From Diplonema japonicum (lineage: Eukaryota; Protista; Euglenozoa: Diplonemea): a stretch of DNA of 64,000 bases. Made by a program: the position numbers and the translations under genes. The stretch lies in NCBI GenBank assembly GCA_964019335.1, contig OZ025652.1, positions 496,001 to 560,000 of the forward strand. Direction: 5' to 3'. The notes under the pieces were generated by a model that did no database searches, had not been told where the DNA came from, and worked only from the letters and a program-made list of their open reading frames with translations. Positions 31,515 to 41,633 of the stretch are shown piece after piece. Numbering within the stretch: position 1 is the stretch's first letter; each line of letters starts with the position of its first letter.

Positions 31515-34500
31515 CTAGCAAAAGGGGGCCCACCCATAGTACATTTGAGACAAATTTTCAACGGATGTTGCGGCCAAGATAAGCTGGTTGACCTGTTCGG
31601 CTACTGTGCAGCGTTCCTTGGAATCGTCTGAACTGGTTGCTTGGGTGTTTTGGGTAAGCCACCAAGTTTCCCTGTGTGCCACTGAGATGCCCACATCACA
31701 CTCATCATCAATACCCTTAAGGACCCAAGACCCCTCGTAAGAGCCCATCATCATACGCGAAGCAAGCGGCTCGAAGAAATCTGCAGGCTCATGGCGAGGG
31801 GAAACACCAACCTTCGGCGAAGGAGGATTTCTGGACCCTATAGACGATCTCGGGAAGTCATAACCAGTGAGCTTCTCTCTGATTCTGATCACAACCTGCT
31901 TTGCTTTTTCATTGACCAGCTCCTCCTCCCATGCCCTGTCATCCTTCTGCCCAGTCTCCCATTTCAACGATTTCATCATCGCCATACTTCGCGGGACAGA
32001 CATCTGGTTCAAATTCTGAACAGACTGTTTTACATCTTCTGCTTGTTGCTCTTCTCGTCCCTCCCCGTTTTGCTCTTCGAGGGTTTCTTCGTTTGCAGGA
32101 ATCTGCATCTCATCGACACCAGCGGCTTCCGTTTTTTTCTTGTCATCTTCTTCTTCGTCATGGGTCGATGCCACATCACCATCAGGGATGCGGTGCGTGA
32201 AAACCGCGGCGGTGATCCCTTCGGGCTTCCCATCATCATCTGGTTTTTCAATGTCTTCGCCTGTGCGGTGTGCATGCGCACGCTCCGCTTCCCTCTCCTG
32301 AACCGCTTCCGCTTCCTCCGGTGCCACAGTTTCCAAAAGCCTCCAGTTGATGAGCGGGTCGTACACAAAGGTCTCCAAAAGCGATGTCAAACTGTCCCTG
32401 TTCTTCCGCAGGCAACGCATTACCGACTCGCATGTGTGCCTGTATGTCCCTTCCCATCCAGAGGCTTCCATGGCAGACACTAGAAGCCTTGTTAGTCTGA
32501 AGGGGACTTTTTCGGGGAACACCTGTCTGTTCAGAGCTACTTCGAAGCAGTCTCCGAAATCGATGTGGACGACCTTCCCTTCGTCGGTGAGCATGATGTT
32601 GTTCAAATGCCTGTCGCCCAGCCCCAGGATGTACCCCACCATCGACATCGCTGCTAGCGTTCGAACGTAGTGTGTGCGATACTCCAACCAGCTCTCGGAG
32701 GTCACTGTCCTCGTCCAGAACACCTTGCGCAGACAGTCTGAAGGTGTCTTGTCGACACACGCCTGGAGGTACTCCTTCTTTTCCTTGTCGGGGAGGAGGT
32801 GGAAGTGCTCGATCTTCTTCAGCTGCCCCAAACCCAAGATGAACAGTACCTCCTTGTTGTGAGGTATGTTGTGTGCTTGGCGGTACCCGCGTATCATGTG
32901 GTTCAGTGTCTCTGTTCTCTCCAGCCAGCCGATGAGACCCACATTGTCGCTGAGGGGGACTACTGGTGTGGTGATGATGTTGATGTGGTACAGATCGTCG
33001 GTTCTCTGGAAGAGGGCGTTGATGAGACCGAACAGCTGCATCACACGCTCGTCTTGTCGAAGGTCCTCGTGTCCTTTGAGGAGGAACTTGTACTCCTGCC
33101 CGTCGTCGCCCAGCATGATGATCACTTTCGGTTTCTGTTTTGAGGAGATGACGTTTACCTCGTTGAGGAAAGTGTGGATGAGGACCGTCTTGGCGTCGGT
33201 GGGTTGGTTCACCCCTGGCACAGCCACTTCGTATCCTTCCACGGCCATCAGATCGGGTGCCACGTCGCTGAGGTATATGTGCTGCGTCTTCTGGACAGCG
33301 GTGTCAAACTGCTTGCACAGAACTTTGAAGATTTTCCACGCAGCAACGTGGTCGTCGTTCATAAGGTACCGCTTCGCCGTTTCCAAGTCTTGCTGGTATA
33401 CGTTCACGAACTCTTCCTCTGCAATGGTGGGGTCGGACTCTTCGATGGCCTGGTACAGCTCCAGGATGATCTTCTTTGCAGCAGAGTTCCCGTACTTTGG
33501 GTTATTCCTCCCATGCACCCTACCGGCCTCCTCTAATGCCGCCAGGTTCGTCAACCACGACTCCGACCACGAGATGGCTGTCCTGATGAGCCCTTGAGAC
33601 ACGACTTTCGCTTGCGTGAACATTGTCTCCTTTTCACCGTGTGAGAGCCTGTCCAGAATCTCCTGCGCGCACTTCCTCCTTGCCGAGGTGTCTCCATGCA
33701 CAGCACACACGGTCAGCGGGTACACAATGTGGTGAGGGTACTCCGACCCCAGCAGCATCAGTAGATCTTCCACCTGACTCCGTACTTTCTGCTGCGGGAA
33801 ACTTACCCTTGCCACCAGCTGTGGGAGGACGTAAATCCAAATGGACACCCTCATCGAACGGATTCCCCTGTGCAGCTCTGTGGCAATGTTGTCTTGCTGT
33901 GCGTACCTGAACCAAATAGTGAGGATGCGCAGGAGGTTAGGGACGCAGAACGACTCATCCTCTAGATAGTCCAGAGAGTTGAAGAAGCCCAACAGCGACT
34001 CCTCAAGGAAAGTTTCTTTACGTTTTGCCTGCTGGTCGGGAGTGAGAGGAGCATCTTCATCAGGGCCTGCAAGGCTGTCTGATCTGAAGGCAATCCTGTA
34101 ATTCAAAAGTCCCCATGCATGCCACGCTCTGCTCGATGTTTTCGTGAGAGCGACTGACTGCCCGAAGTGGCGCAGGATCTCTTCGCGGTGGGGGTTCTCC
34201 CAGAAGTTATCCTTGTGAAGTTCCTGGCACCACTCTCCGAGTGTGAGGTGTACCTTCGACAGGAGATCGTCGTCGTTGAGATCAGTTGAGTTGAGACGGG
34301 CGTCAAGTTTCTCGAGTTCCTTCGCCTTGTCTTCACGGGTGGAGATTAGTTCCTTGGTGGGTACCGCTAGCTCTCCTGCAGATGCACTTCGTCTGGGTCC
34401 GATCGAATGCACTTTACTTCTGAGGTACTTTTCTTTTTCATTTCTGATGGTGATCTCATCATTCAACTGTTCGATCTCGGTCATGAGCTTCTGCGACTTC

Positions 34501-37500
34501 TGGCGCAGCACGACAGCACTTTCTACATATGTCCGCAGCTCGTCGACGGCACGGCTACGCATGTCACAGTGATACAAATGCTTGAAGTACGATAAGCAGA
34601 CGTGGCCCACGATGTTCCTGTCGATCAGCTCTTGCGCGTCGATGAAGGCCTTCGAGAGGTGCTGGTCGATGGTGTCGTCTGTGAGGAAGTTGCGGAAGTT
34701 CCTCGTCGAGAATCCCATGAGGGTGAGGAGGGTTGACTCTGCAAGGGAGTTCCTGTTGCACCTTCGGCAGATCGACACGAACTTCAACCACAAGGCAAGA
34801 TCATCCGAGTCCAGGTCTGTCAAAGCACCTTTTTCTAGCACCAACGCCATAATCCCAAGCATGTCTTGCCAATTCTCCACCGTTGGCGACATCCCGAACA
34901 TCCTCTTATGCCACACCTCACGCAGCTGCGGCCATTTGATCTTCGACCCAACATTGTACTCGATCACTTCTTCTAAGCCCCGCACCTTCTGCAACCACAC
35001 AATTACGTTGTAAGCACGTGCATATGACTCGCCAACCAGTGAGGACAGCCTTCCTTCAAGCAGTTTCCTGGTAGTGTTGATGTGAGATTCCGCTTCGCTG
35101 TACCGCTCTTTGTGTACCGCAAGGATGGCTTGGAAGAACTCCCGTTCTGCTGCGTTGTCCCCATCCTTCGGCATGTACTGTATGCAGGTGTCCATGAAAT
35201 CCCAGTGAGAGGGGATGCTCTCCCCGAGGTTCGACCATGCCGACAGGATCCAAGCACCGTGCGCTGCCATTGACGAGACTTCCTCCTTCTCCGTACTCTG
35301 GAAGGATTCCCAGCTTCGCTTTGCTTCGTACAAAAGATGCTCCCACCTGCCCAACTGCCTGTAGCACCGCATGATGCCGATCACATATTTATTGCGGTCA
35401 TCCGCCTCTGCGGCTTGTGTTTTGTAAGCCTTGATAGCCTGGCTCCACCACTGCAGTTTCTCGTACCCTCTACCCTCGATTAACAACATGCTGTCGAGCT
35501 GCTTCCCTGCAAGTTTTGAGAACGACGCTCCCGTCTCGTCGTCGTCCCCCTTCCAGTCTTCAAAGTATTTCTTCGAGAAGTCGAGGATGCCGTTTGCGCC
35601 CTCGCGCAGGCCGAGGTTGTTGCTGAGATGAATGAGGTCAGAACACAGGTCAATGAACTGAAGAGAGAGCTTGTTGATCTCAGTCGAAGACGCTCGTCTG
35701 TTGTCTTGCACCTCAGTGATGAGCTTGCGGAATTGCTCCTCTTTGTAGTGGAAAGCTTTTGCAAGGAGTTGCTTCTTCTCACACACTTCTGCAAGGAGGT
35801 CGACGTCAAAGAAGGGGCCGGGCTTGTTCACGTGACGCGGAGACGCTGAGGCGGGTGGCTGTAAGTCAAGAGTGATGACGGTCTGGCCTTGCAGGAGATT
35901 GCTGAGCTGCTTGACGTTCATAACACGCGTCCCGTTGAGCTTGAGCACAATGCCGCCAATAGGGAGGTTCGCCTTGTCGCCAGGCAGCATGGACTGTATT
36001 TTGGACACCTTAACCTTCGTGCTACCGCCCTGATGGTCGTCGGTGTACCCGACACCGAACTTGTGTGCCGTCGTGGGTCTCGTGAGCTTGTACGGCTGGC
36101 TCTGTACGCTGCACACGGCTGTCCTTTTGGGGTAACGCTCTTCTTCCATAAACTCTGCCAACGTGAGGATCATGTGCAGCACAGAAGGTGGTAAGTAGGA
36201 GCGCAGCGCGTGGTTCATGTGTGAGATAAGTTCCATCTTGTCAATCTCGTCAAGCTCCAGGAAGCAGGCAACAAACGAGTACGAGAACAGGTCACGAGCA
36301 ATAGGTATGTACGCCAGTGCCACCTGGAAGCACGCACGAAGTGCCTGCGATGGGGCATGCTTGAGAAGCTCAATCGATAATCTGTTGATCCATTCTTCCC
36401 AGTCTCGTGGCTTCCGCCTACCCCGCGTGCTCCATATTGCCTTCAGTGAAGATGTCTGCATGGTGATGCTGGTGATCTGCTTTTCCTTCACCTCGATAAG
36501 ACGGAGGTCATATGTGAGGGGGTCGTGAGCACCGTTGTTGGAGCTCTTGAACATGTTCATGAAGGTCTCGTTGTACCTTGTCAGTGAGTGCGTGTCCATT
36601 TCAATGAACCTGAAGTCCACCGTGCAGACGGGCCCCTTCGTCCTCAGCACCTCAATGCACCGAGTGCTGATTTTCAAATGCGTTGCGATGGTCTTTTTGA
36701 AGCTGTCAGCGTTGAACATCTCAACTCTCTTGTCCAGCACGCACGACAGGATCTTTGGAGTTTCTTCAGATTTGAAGGGGCGCGGGTCAGGCTTCTTTGT
36801 GTTCTCTGTTTTTTTGCATTCGCTGGGAAGTCTTCCTGTGGTCTCTAGGTGCTCGATGGTCTCTTCCAGGGCGGGGTCTTTCTTTAGGTACGCACCGAGC
36901 ATTTTCTTTGTCAGTGGAATGAAACGTATAAAAGCAGTGTCTGTGTTCTTGATCACCACGTGGATGCATCTTAAGCCAAAGTCCGTCAGCTGTGGGTGTG
37001 TACCTGCATCAAACGCGTCTCTTAGTGTGATGAGTAGATGGTGCAGAACCCGTGCAGTATGCTCCTTGATCGGGACATTCGCCAAAACGGAGTGCAGCGT
37101 GGTTAAGGCTTTGATCTTGATCTGCATGGCGAGTTCCTTTCTGGATAGGGTTTCCAGAAGCACGGGTAGCACGACGTGGAGATGCTCCTGCATGCACACG
37201 GCTAGAGATTTGAAAGCATCGAAGCACTTCTTTACGAGCTCCATCCGCTCCATCTTGTCGATCTGCATGGACTGGATGAGGGACTGCAGGATCCATTTTG
37301 AGTGGTCCATCATCCCATCTAAAGTGTGTACCTTGTTCACTTCCTCGATGAGCGAGATGAGGTTGATGAGCAACGTCTCCACAGGTACCGATGGAGATGC
37401 TTCCAGGGTCTTTTCCTCGTGCTGGGTTTCACCGAACTTATCCCCTGAGCTGGGACCGTCTTTAACAGACCCGCCTGCTGAGTCGTTGGAGGTGTTGGGT

Positions 37501-40475
37501 ACCGCCTCTGCCCCCGATATACCCTGGATTGGCATCTGCGCCCTCTGTGCTACCACCTCCTTGATCACTTGCTCCCAGTAATCCCGCAGCAGGGTAAGGA
37601 TCGACTCGCAGTGAGATTTCATCGAATCGTTAAGCATCACTACCAACGTATTCAGCAGCTGGAACAGTTTACAATGCGTGTCTCTGCCCAGTCGTGATGA
37701 CGTTCGGAGTAGCTTTAAAATAGGCGCCAGCAGGGAGGGGCAGAACTTAATAAGTTGTTCGCGCGAGAGGGATTTGATAACTTGTCTAATGGCATCGATA
37801 GCCTTGGGGTGTGTGATGGAGTGAGAGGCGTTGGCGAGGATTAACAGCAGTGCCTGTAGAGCCACCGCAGGAAGCTGCTCCATGAGTTGAGGAGACGATC
37901 GCATAGGCAGCTCCAAGGCCAACCCGCCGTTAGCACCCAAACCCCAGTTCCACTGTGACACCTGCTGGATCTGATGCCGCAATGATGATTTCATCAGCTG
38001 TCTATGGAGGTCGCACTTATCCTTCCGTTTGGCCTCATCACGGATTTTTTTCTTCATCCCGTCCCTCTCTTCTACTTCCGCCCAAAACGACAAGTTTTTG
38101 GCACGCAGAGGGTCGACCGCACCGATCGTACCAATCAGCCTCATCACACCTGACTGCAGCCCCCAATCCTCCTTGCTCTGGAGGAAGCCGAGGAGCACAG
38201 GGAGGACATGTGGGTACTCTTCATAGAAGTCAATGACAAGGCCGGCAGAACGGATAATCTTGATGAGCGCGTGGACAGCGGCAAGACGTTTGTTGAGATT
38301 GTGTCTGTCCTCAAGGCAGTCAAGGACGAGGGGTAGGAATTCAATGAGGAGCGACTTCGCTGCTACGTCTTCTACATTGATCAGATCATTGAGCTCACCT
38401 AGCGTGGTGAGCAGGGAAGAGACGAGCATGGGATTCCTGGACGACAAGCTGCTGGAAAGCCGTGCTTTGATGATGTGAAGGATATCGAAAGCGATAGGCA
38501 ACACAACGGTCGGCACGTGTCGTATCAACAAGGCGAGGAGTTCCGAGCAGTGCGCCTGCTGCCTTGCGTTGTCTCTGATGGTGTCGATGTCTTCGGATAG
38601 CTGTACACTAATTTTCGTTAATCCAGCTAACACTGATTTATGCCCACTCAAACGGCACAAGCACAACACTGCCAGCCTCCTGTTCTCAGGCACAGTGTCA
38701 TTCACTGCCATGAACAAGCAGTCAATGCAGGAGGGAGTCGCCAGGTGTTTGATAACATTGCTAGACTCCAGCAGGCTGAGTACCTGGAACCTGAGCCGCG
38801 GGTCCATGTCAACAACTGCAACATCCACAACAGGCTCCAATAAATGCGTCAGCATGTCTGGCCTGGGGAGGGACCGCTCCCTTTCATGAGAGATAGTCTC
38901 GCACAAGGACTGCTCGCTGGGGGTTGTCTCTTCATTCTGTCTCGTCAATTGTTTCACGATAGCCATTGCCGCCTCGATGCTAGCACTTCGAATGTCAAAA
39001 TCTTCATGAGACAGGTACTTCAAAACGTAACACTGTAGAAGCTCACAAGCAGCATCATGCTCTTGCGGTATACAGCACTCGACAGTTGCGATGCTCTTCA
39101 ACGCTAAGATGATCTGGCCTATCTCGGCTTCTGAACTGTCCTGCCCCAGGGCATGGTTCACGATGGCGTTGTTGATGGCCATAAGGTCCTTGCGCAGCGA
39201 CGGAATGGCTGTCATGATCGACTGCAGTGCTTCGAAGTGGTTCTCAGTGAGCGGGGCCGCTCGGAAGTGGTCCTGCCATTCTTCGGTGCTTAGTTCAACC
39301 TCCATTGCAAGGGGACATGTTGTGCACAAGATTCCAAGCAGCTTCAAGGCATGCTGCCGCATGTCTGTGGTGGTCAAACCCTGCCTGATATATTTCACGA
39401 TGGATGGGATGTGCGACTCGACCATGCTGCAGTCGAGAATGGTGCACAGCTCACACAGTGCCCAGAAGGCAGTCCCTCTGTTCGTGTGTGAGGCGGTATA
39501 TAATTTGGCAACACGTGCCATCGTCTCCTCCAAGTAGGAAACACCGAAGAGGGATTCATAGTACCGTCCCATACGGGGAAGCACCTCCAACGTGGCGATC
39601 TGAATGGAGATGTCTTCAGACGCACCACCGTCGAGAACGGCGGAAGCAAGCGCTTCATACTCAGAAGGGAGCTGCCCTTCGGAATAGTGTAGGAGTTCCC
39701 TGAGGCAGATCAAGGACCCGTGCGTGGAGGACATCGTGCATTTATGAAGACCTTCGAAGATTTTGCTTAGGACCTTGGAGAAGAGGCCGCTCCAATCTTG
39801 ATCGTCAGTGAAGGCCATGTCGATGACAGCTCGGAAGCACTCGACGGCGGCTTCACGGTTCTCCTTGGCGTCGCTCCAGAGCGGGTTCCAGATGCGTTCA
39901 AGGAAAAGCTCAGAACGCGCCATGATGAGCTCGGGTACAGACCCAGCAAGATTTTTCAGAACAATGCACGCAGAGTACCATCTGTTGTATTTGTCTGCGG
40001 TGTTGCTTAGCCATTCCAGAGCACGGCGGACTTCTTCTTCTACAATGCTTGCTGTGATAAGACCTCCATCACGCTGAACGCCTGCTGATGCGATGTCGCT
40101 GATGACCTTCGAAGCCAGCACGACTACCTCTGGATCCGATGACGGGAGTACAGATTTCATCAGATTGTAAAAAAATGTAATTTTCAAGACAAAATCCCAG
40201 TAGTCGGCGTCGATCAGCGCACGGATCACGCGCATGCCCAGCATCTTGGCGGCAGTGTCGCCGTTGAATAGTCCTTTCATTTCTTTATTCAACTGTTGGA
40301 CTGTGGACTCCGGTAACTCCTGCGAGTCGTCTTTAGTCAGCGCGTTAACAACTGCGTCAATGTGTTGCTTCTGCACTGGTACGGATGCATGTGCTGTGAA
40401 GAGTAGTTTTCTTAAGCACTCCAACGACCCCAGCGAACCGCCGGGGCTTCTTCCCATTCCTCTTCCCGACCACAT
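31515..40475 (-). CDS. TOR3: Target-of-rapamycin kinase with an internal PDZ domain (TOR3/TOR-like-1 type), 2986 aa, intronless
   Basis: HEAT repeats, DUF3385-like IGTIGAVDP, FAT and FRB-like regions. Kinase motifs LLKGHEDLRQDERVMQLFGLIN, GLGDRH..N and HIDFGDCFE, then FATC ending GWAPFC. PDZ-like insert at ~35859-36093. Confidence 0.92.
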   Translation of the reverse strand: MWSGRGMGRSPGGSLGSLECLRKLLFTAHASVPVQKQHIDAVVNALTKDDSQELPESTVQQLNKEMKGLFNGDTAAKMLGMRVIRALIDADYWDFVLKITFFYNLMKSVLPSSDPEVVVLASKVISDIASAGVQRDGGLITASIVEEEVRRALEWLSNTADKYNRWYSACIVLKNLAGSVPELIMARSELFLERIWNPLWSDAKENREAAVECFRAVIDMAFTDDQDWSGLFSKVLSKIFEGLHKCTMSSTHGSLICLRELLHYSEGQLPSEYEALASAVLDGGASEDISIQIATLEVLPRMGRYYESLFGVSYLEETMARVAKLYTASHTNRGTAFWALCELCTILDCSMVESHIPSIVKYIRQGLTTTDMRQHALKLLGILCTTCPLAMEVELSTEEWQDHFRAAPLTENHFEALQSIMTAIPSLRKDLMAINNAIVNHALGQDSSEAEIGQIILALKSIATVECCIPQEHDAACELLQCYVLKYLSHEDFDIRSASIEAAMAIVKQLTRQNEETTPSEQSLCETISHERERSLPRPDMLTHLLEPVVDVAVVDMDPRLRFQVLSLLESSNVIKHLATPSCIDCLFMAVNDTVPENRRLAVLCLCRLSGHKSVLAGLTKISVQLSEDIDTIRDNARQQAHCSELLALLIRHVPTVVLPIAFDILHIIKARLSSSLSSRNPMLVSSLLTTLGELNDLINVEDVAAKSLLIEFLPLVLDCLEDRHNLNKRLAAVHALIKIIRSAGLVIDFYEEYPHVLPVLLGFLQSKEDWGLQSGVMRLIGTIGAVDPLRAKNLSFWAEVEERDGMKKKIRDEAKRKDKCDLHRQLMKSSLRHQIQQVSQWNWGLGANGGLALELPMRSSPQLMEQLPAVALQALLLILANASHSITHPKAIDAIRQVIKSLSREQLIKFCPSLLAPILKLLRTSSRLGRDTHCKLFQLLNTLVVMLNDSMKSHCESILTLLRDYWEQVIKEVVAQRAQMPIQGISGAEAVPNTSNDSAGGSVKDGPSSGDKFGETQHEEKTLEASPSVPVETLLINLISLIEEVNKVHTLDGMMDHSKWILQSLIQSMQIDKMERMELVKKCFDAFKSLAVCMQEHLHVVLPVLLETLSRKELAMQIKIKALTTLHSVLANVPIKEHTARVLHHLLITLRDAFDAGTHPQLTDFGLRCIHVVIKNTDTAFIRFIPLTKKMLGAYLKKDPALEETIEHLETTGRLPSECKKTENTKKPDPRPFKSEETPKILSCVLDKRVEMFNADSFKKTIATHLKISTRCIEVLRTKGPVCTVDFRFIEMDTHSLTRYNETFMNMFKSSNNGAHDPLTYDLRLIEVKEKQITSITMQTSSLKAIWSTRGRRKPRDWEEWINRLSIELLKHAPSQALRACFQVALAYIPIARDLFSYSFVACFLELDEIDKMELISHMNHALRSYLPPSVLHMILTLAEFMEEERYPKRTAVCSVQSQPYKLTRPTTAHKFGVGYTDDHQGGSTKVKVSKIQSMLPGDKANLPIGGIVLKLNGTRVMNVKQLSNLLQGQTVITLDLQPPASASPRHVNKPGPFFDVDLLAEVCEKKQLLAKAFHYKEEQFRKLITEVQDNRRASSTEINKLSLQFIDLCSDLIHLSNNLGLREGANGILDFSKKYFEDWKGDDDETGASFSKLAGKQLDSMLLIEGRGYEKLQWWSQAIKAYKTQAAEADDRNKYVIGIMRCYRQLGRWEHLLYEAKRSWESFQSTEKEEVSSMAAHGAWILSAWSNLGESIPSHWDFMDTCIQYMPKDGDNAAEREFFQAILAVHKERYSEAESHINTTRKLLEGRLSSLVGESYARAYNVIVWLQKVRGLEEVIEYNVGSKIKWPQLREVWHKRMFGMSPTVENWQDMLGIMALVLEKGALTDLDSDDLALWLKFVSICRRCNRNSLAESTLLTLMGFSTRNFRNFLTDDTIDQHLSKAFIDAQELIDRNIVGHVCLSYFKHLYHCDMRSRAVDELRTYVESAVVLRQKSQKLMTEIEQLNDEITIRNEKEKYLRSKVHSIGPRRSASAGELAVPTKELISTREDKAKELEKLDARLNSTDLNDDDLLSKVHLTLGEWCQELHKDNFWENPHREEILRHFGQSVALTKTSSRAWHAWGLLNYRIAFRSDSLAGPDEDAPLTPDQQAKRKETFLEESLLGFFNSLDYLEDESFCVPNLLRILTIWFRYAQQDNIATELHRGIRSMRVSIWIYVLPQLVARVSFPQQKVRSQVEDLLMLLGSEYPHHIVYPLTVCAVHGDTSARRKCAQEILDRLSHGEKETMFTQAKVVSQGLIRTAISWSESWLTNLAALEEAGRVHGRNNPKYGNSAAKKIILELYQAIEESDPTIAEEEFVNVYQQDLETAKRYLMNDDHVAAWKIFKVLCKQFDTAVQKTQHIYLSDVAPDLMAVEGYEVAVPGVNQPTDAKTVLIHTFLNEVNVISSKQKPKVIIMLGDDGQEYKFLLKGHEDLRQDERVMQLFGLINALFQRTDDLYHINIITTPVVPLSDNVGLIGWLERTETLNHMIRGYRQAHNIPHNKEVLFILGLGQLKKIEHFHLLPDKEKKEYLQACVDKTPSDCLRKVFWTRTVTSESWLEYRTHYVRTLAAMSMVGYILGLGDRHLNNIMLTDEGKVVHIDFGDCFEVALNRQVFPEKVPFRLTRLLVSAMEASGWEGTYRHTCESVMRCLRKNRDSLTSLLETFVYDPLINWRLLETVAPEEAEAVQEREAERAHAHRTGEDIEKPDDDGKPEGITAAVFTHRIPDGDVASTHDEEEDDKKKTEAAGVDEMQIPANEETLEEQNGEGREEQQAEDVKQSVQNLNQMSVPRSMAMMKSLKWETGQKDDRAWEEELVNEKAKQVVIRIREKLTGYDFPRSSIGSRNPPSPKVGVSPRHEPADFFEPLASRMMMGSYEGSWVLKGIDDECDVGISVAHRETWWLTQNTQATSSDDSKERCTVAEQVNQLILAATSVENLSQMYYGWAPFC

Positions 40476-40941
40476 TTCTTACTTTTGTTTAGTTTTCTTC
40501 TTCAACCGATTTCCTTTCCTCTTTTTTTTTATGTTTTTTTTTTTTTCTCTTCTTGTTCTTCTTCTTTTTTTTTTAAACTTCTCCTCTCGTGTTCTTTTAA
40601 AAAAAAAAAGAATGAATGGGAACCACAGTTTTATCCCGCCTATGCAATCATTGTATCTCTATCTGTTTTTTTTCTTTCTTGTTTTTTTTGTTTCTTTCTT
40701 TTCCTTTTCTAGGGGACAAGGAAAAAAAAACCTACACGAATGTTTATTTTTTTCCTCTGCTCCCTTTTTTTTTTTTCTTTTTTTTTTTCTCTGTTATCTC
40801 CTGACCCACCACCTCCTCCCCCCCTCCCTCCCTCCTGTTTTTAATATTGTGAGAGATGTTGTAAGTTTCAATTTTATAAAAAAGAATAATGAGAGATTTG
40901 TTACCTGTTTGAAAACAAGTTTTACCTTTTTTTTTTCTTCT

Positions 40942-41499
40942 TCAACCCGCCCCATTCTTCAGTTGTTGGAGGGAAGACAAGGCTTTCTTAAAGGCTTCCT
41001 GCGAAGCGTGCTTAAAATCGGCTAAGCAAGTGAGAAGCTGGACTGATTCATCATCACGCACACAAGCTTTTGAATGATTACCCGTGTCAGTGGGAGCAGA
41101 AGGCACATTAGAGAAAGATGGCCTATTAGCCAAAGCTGTAAGCCGGGCTACGCAATGACGTTGCTTCTGAAGAGATAGGGCACATTTATCTACAACCTCA
41201 CGCAAGAGGGAGTTTTGCAAGCACAGCATCTCCTTTGAGAATGCTGCAAGCGTCTTTGTAGCCTCCACAAGCCCTTTTCTCATCTCACGTCGTTTCAGGA
41301 TCTCAGCCAGTGCTTCCCTGTCTTTATTGACAACCTCCACCAAACCAGCAGGCTCGTCTCCAGCCGTTTTTGTTCGCTCCTGTTCTTTTTTAATCTTTGC
41401 AAGCTCGCTTTCGTAGCAAACCACCTCTTCTTCCATGATGGTGGTGACTTCAATTGTAGATAGATAGAGCTCCTCGAAGTGTGCACATGTTTTGCTCAT
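40942..41499 (-). CDS. Small coiled-coil protein (~185 aa), unknown function
   Basis: The coding-like part of ORF 40942-41712 starts at MSKTCAHF (ATG 41499). The upstream in-frame sequence is homopolymer intergenic DNA. Confidence 0.55.
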   Translation of the reverse strand: MSKTCAHFEELYLSTIEVTTIMEEEVVCYESELAKIKKEQERTKTAGDEPAGLVEVVNKDREALAEILKRREMRKGLVEATKTLAAFSKEMLCLQNSLLREVVDKCALSLQKQRHCVARLTALANRPSFSNVPSAPTDTGNHSKACVRDDESVQLLTCLADFKHASQEAFKKALSSLQQLKNGAG

Positions 41500-41633
41500 T
41501 ACTTCAGCACTGTCTGTCTCATATCCCGGAATGGGTAGAAGGGGGGGGGGGGGGGGGGAAAGAAGTACTTTTGATGGTTTCTTTTTTTCTTTTGTGTGTG
41601 TGTGTTTTTTTTTTTTTTTTTTTTTTTTAACGC

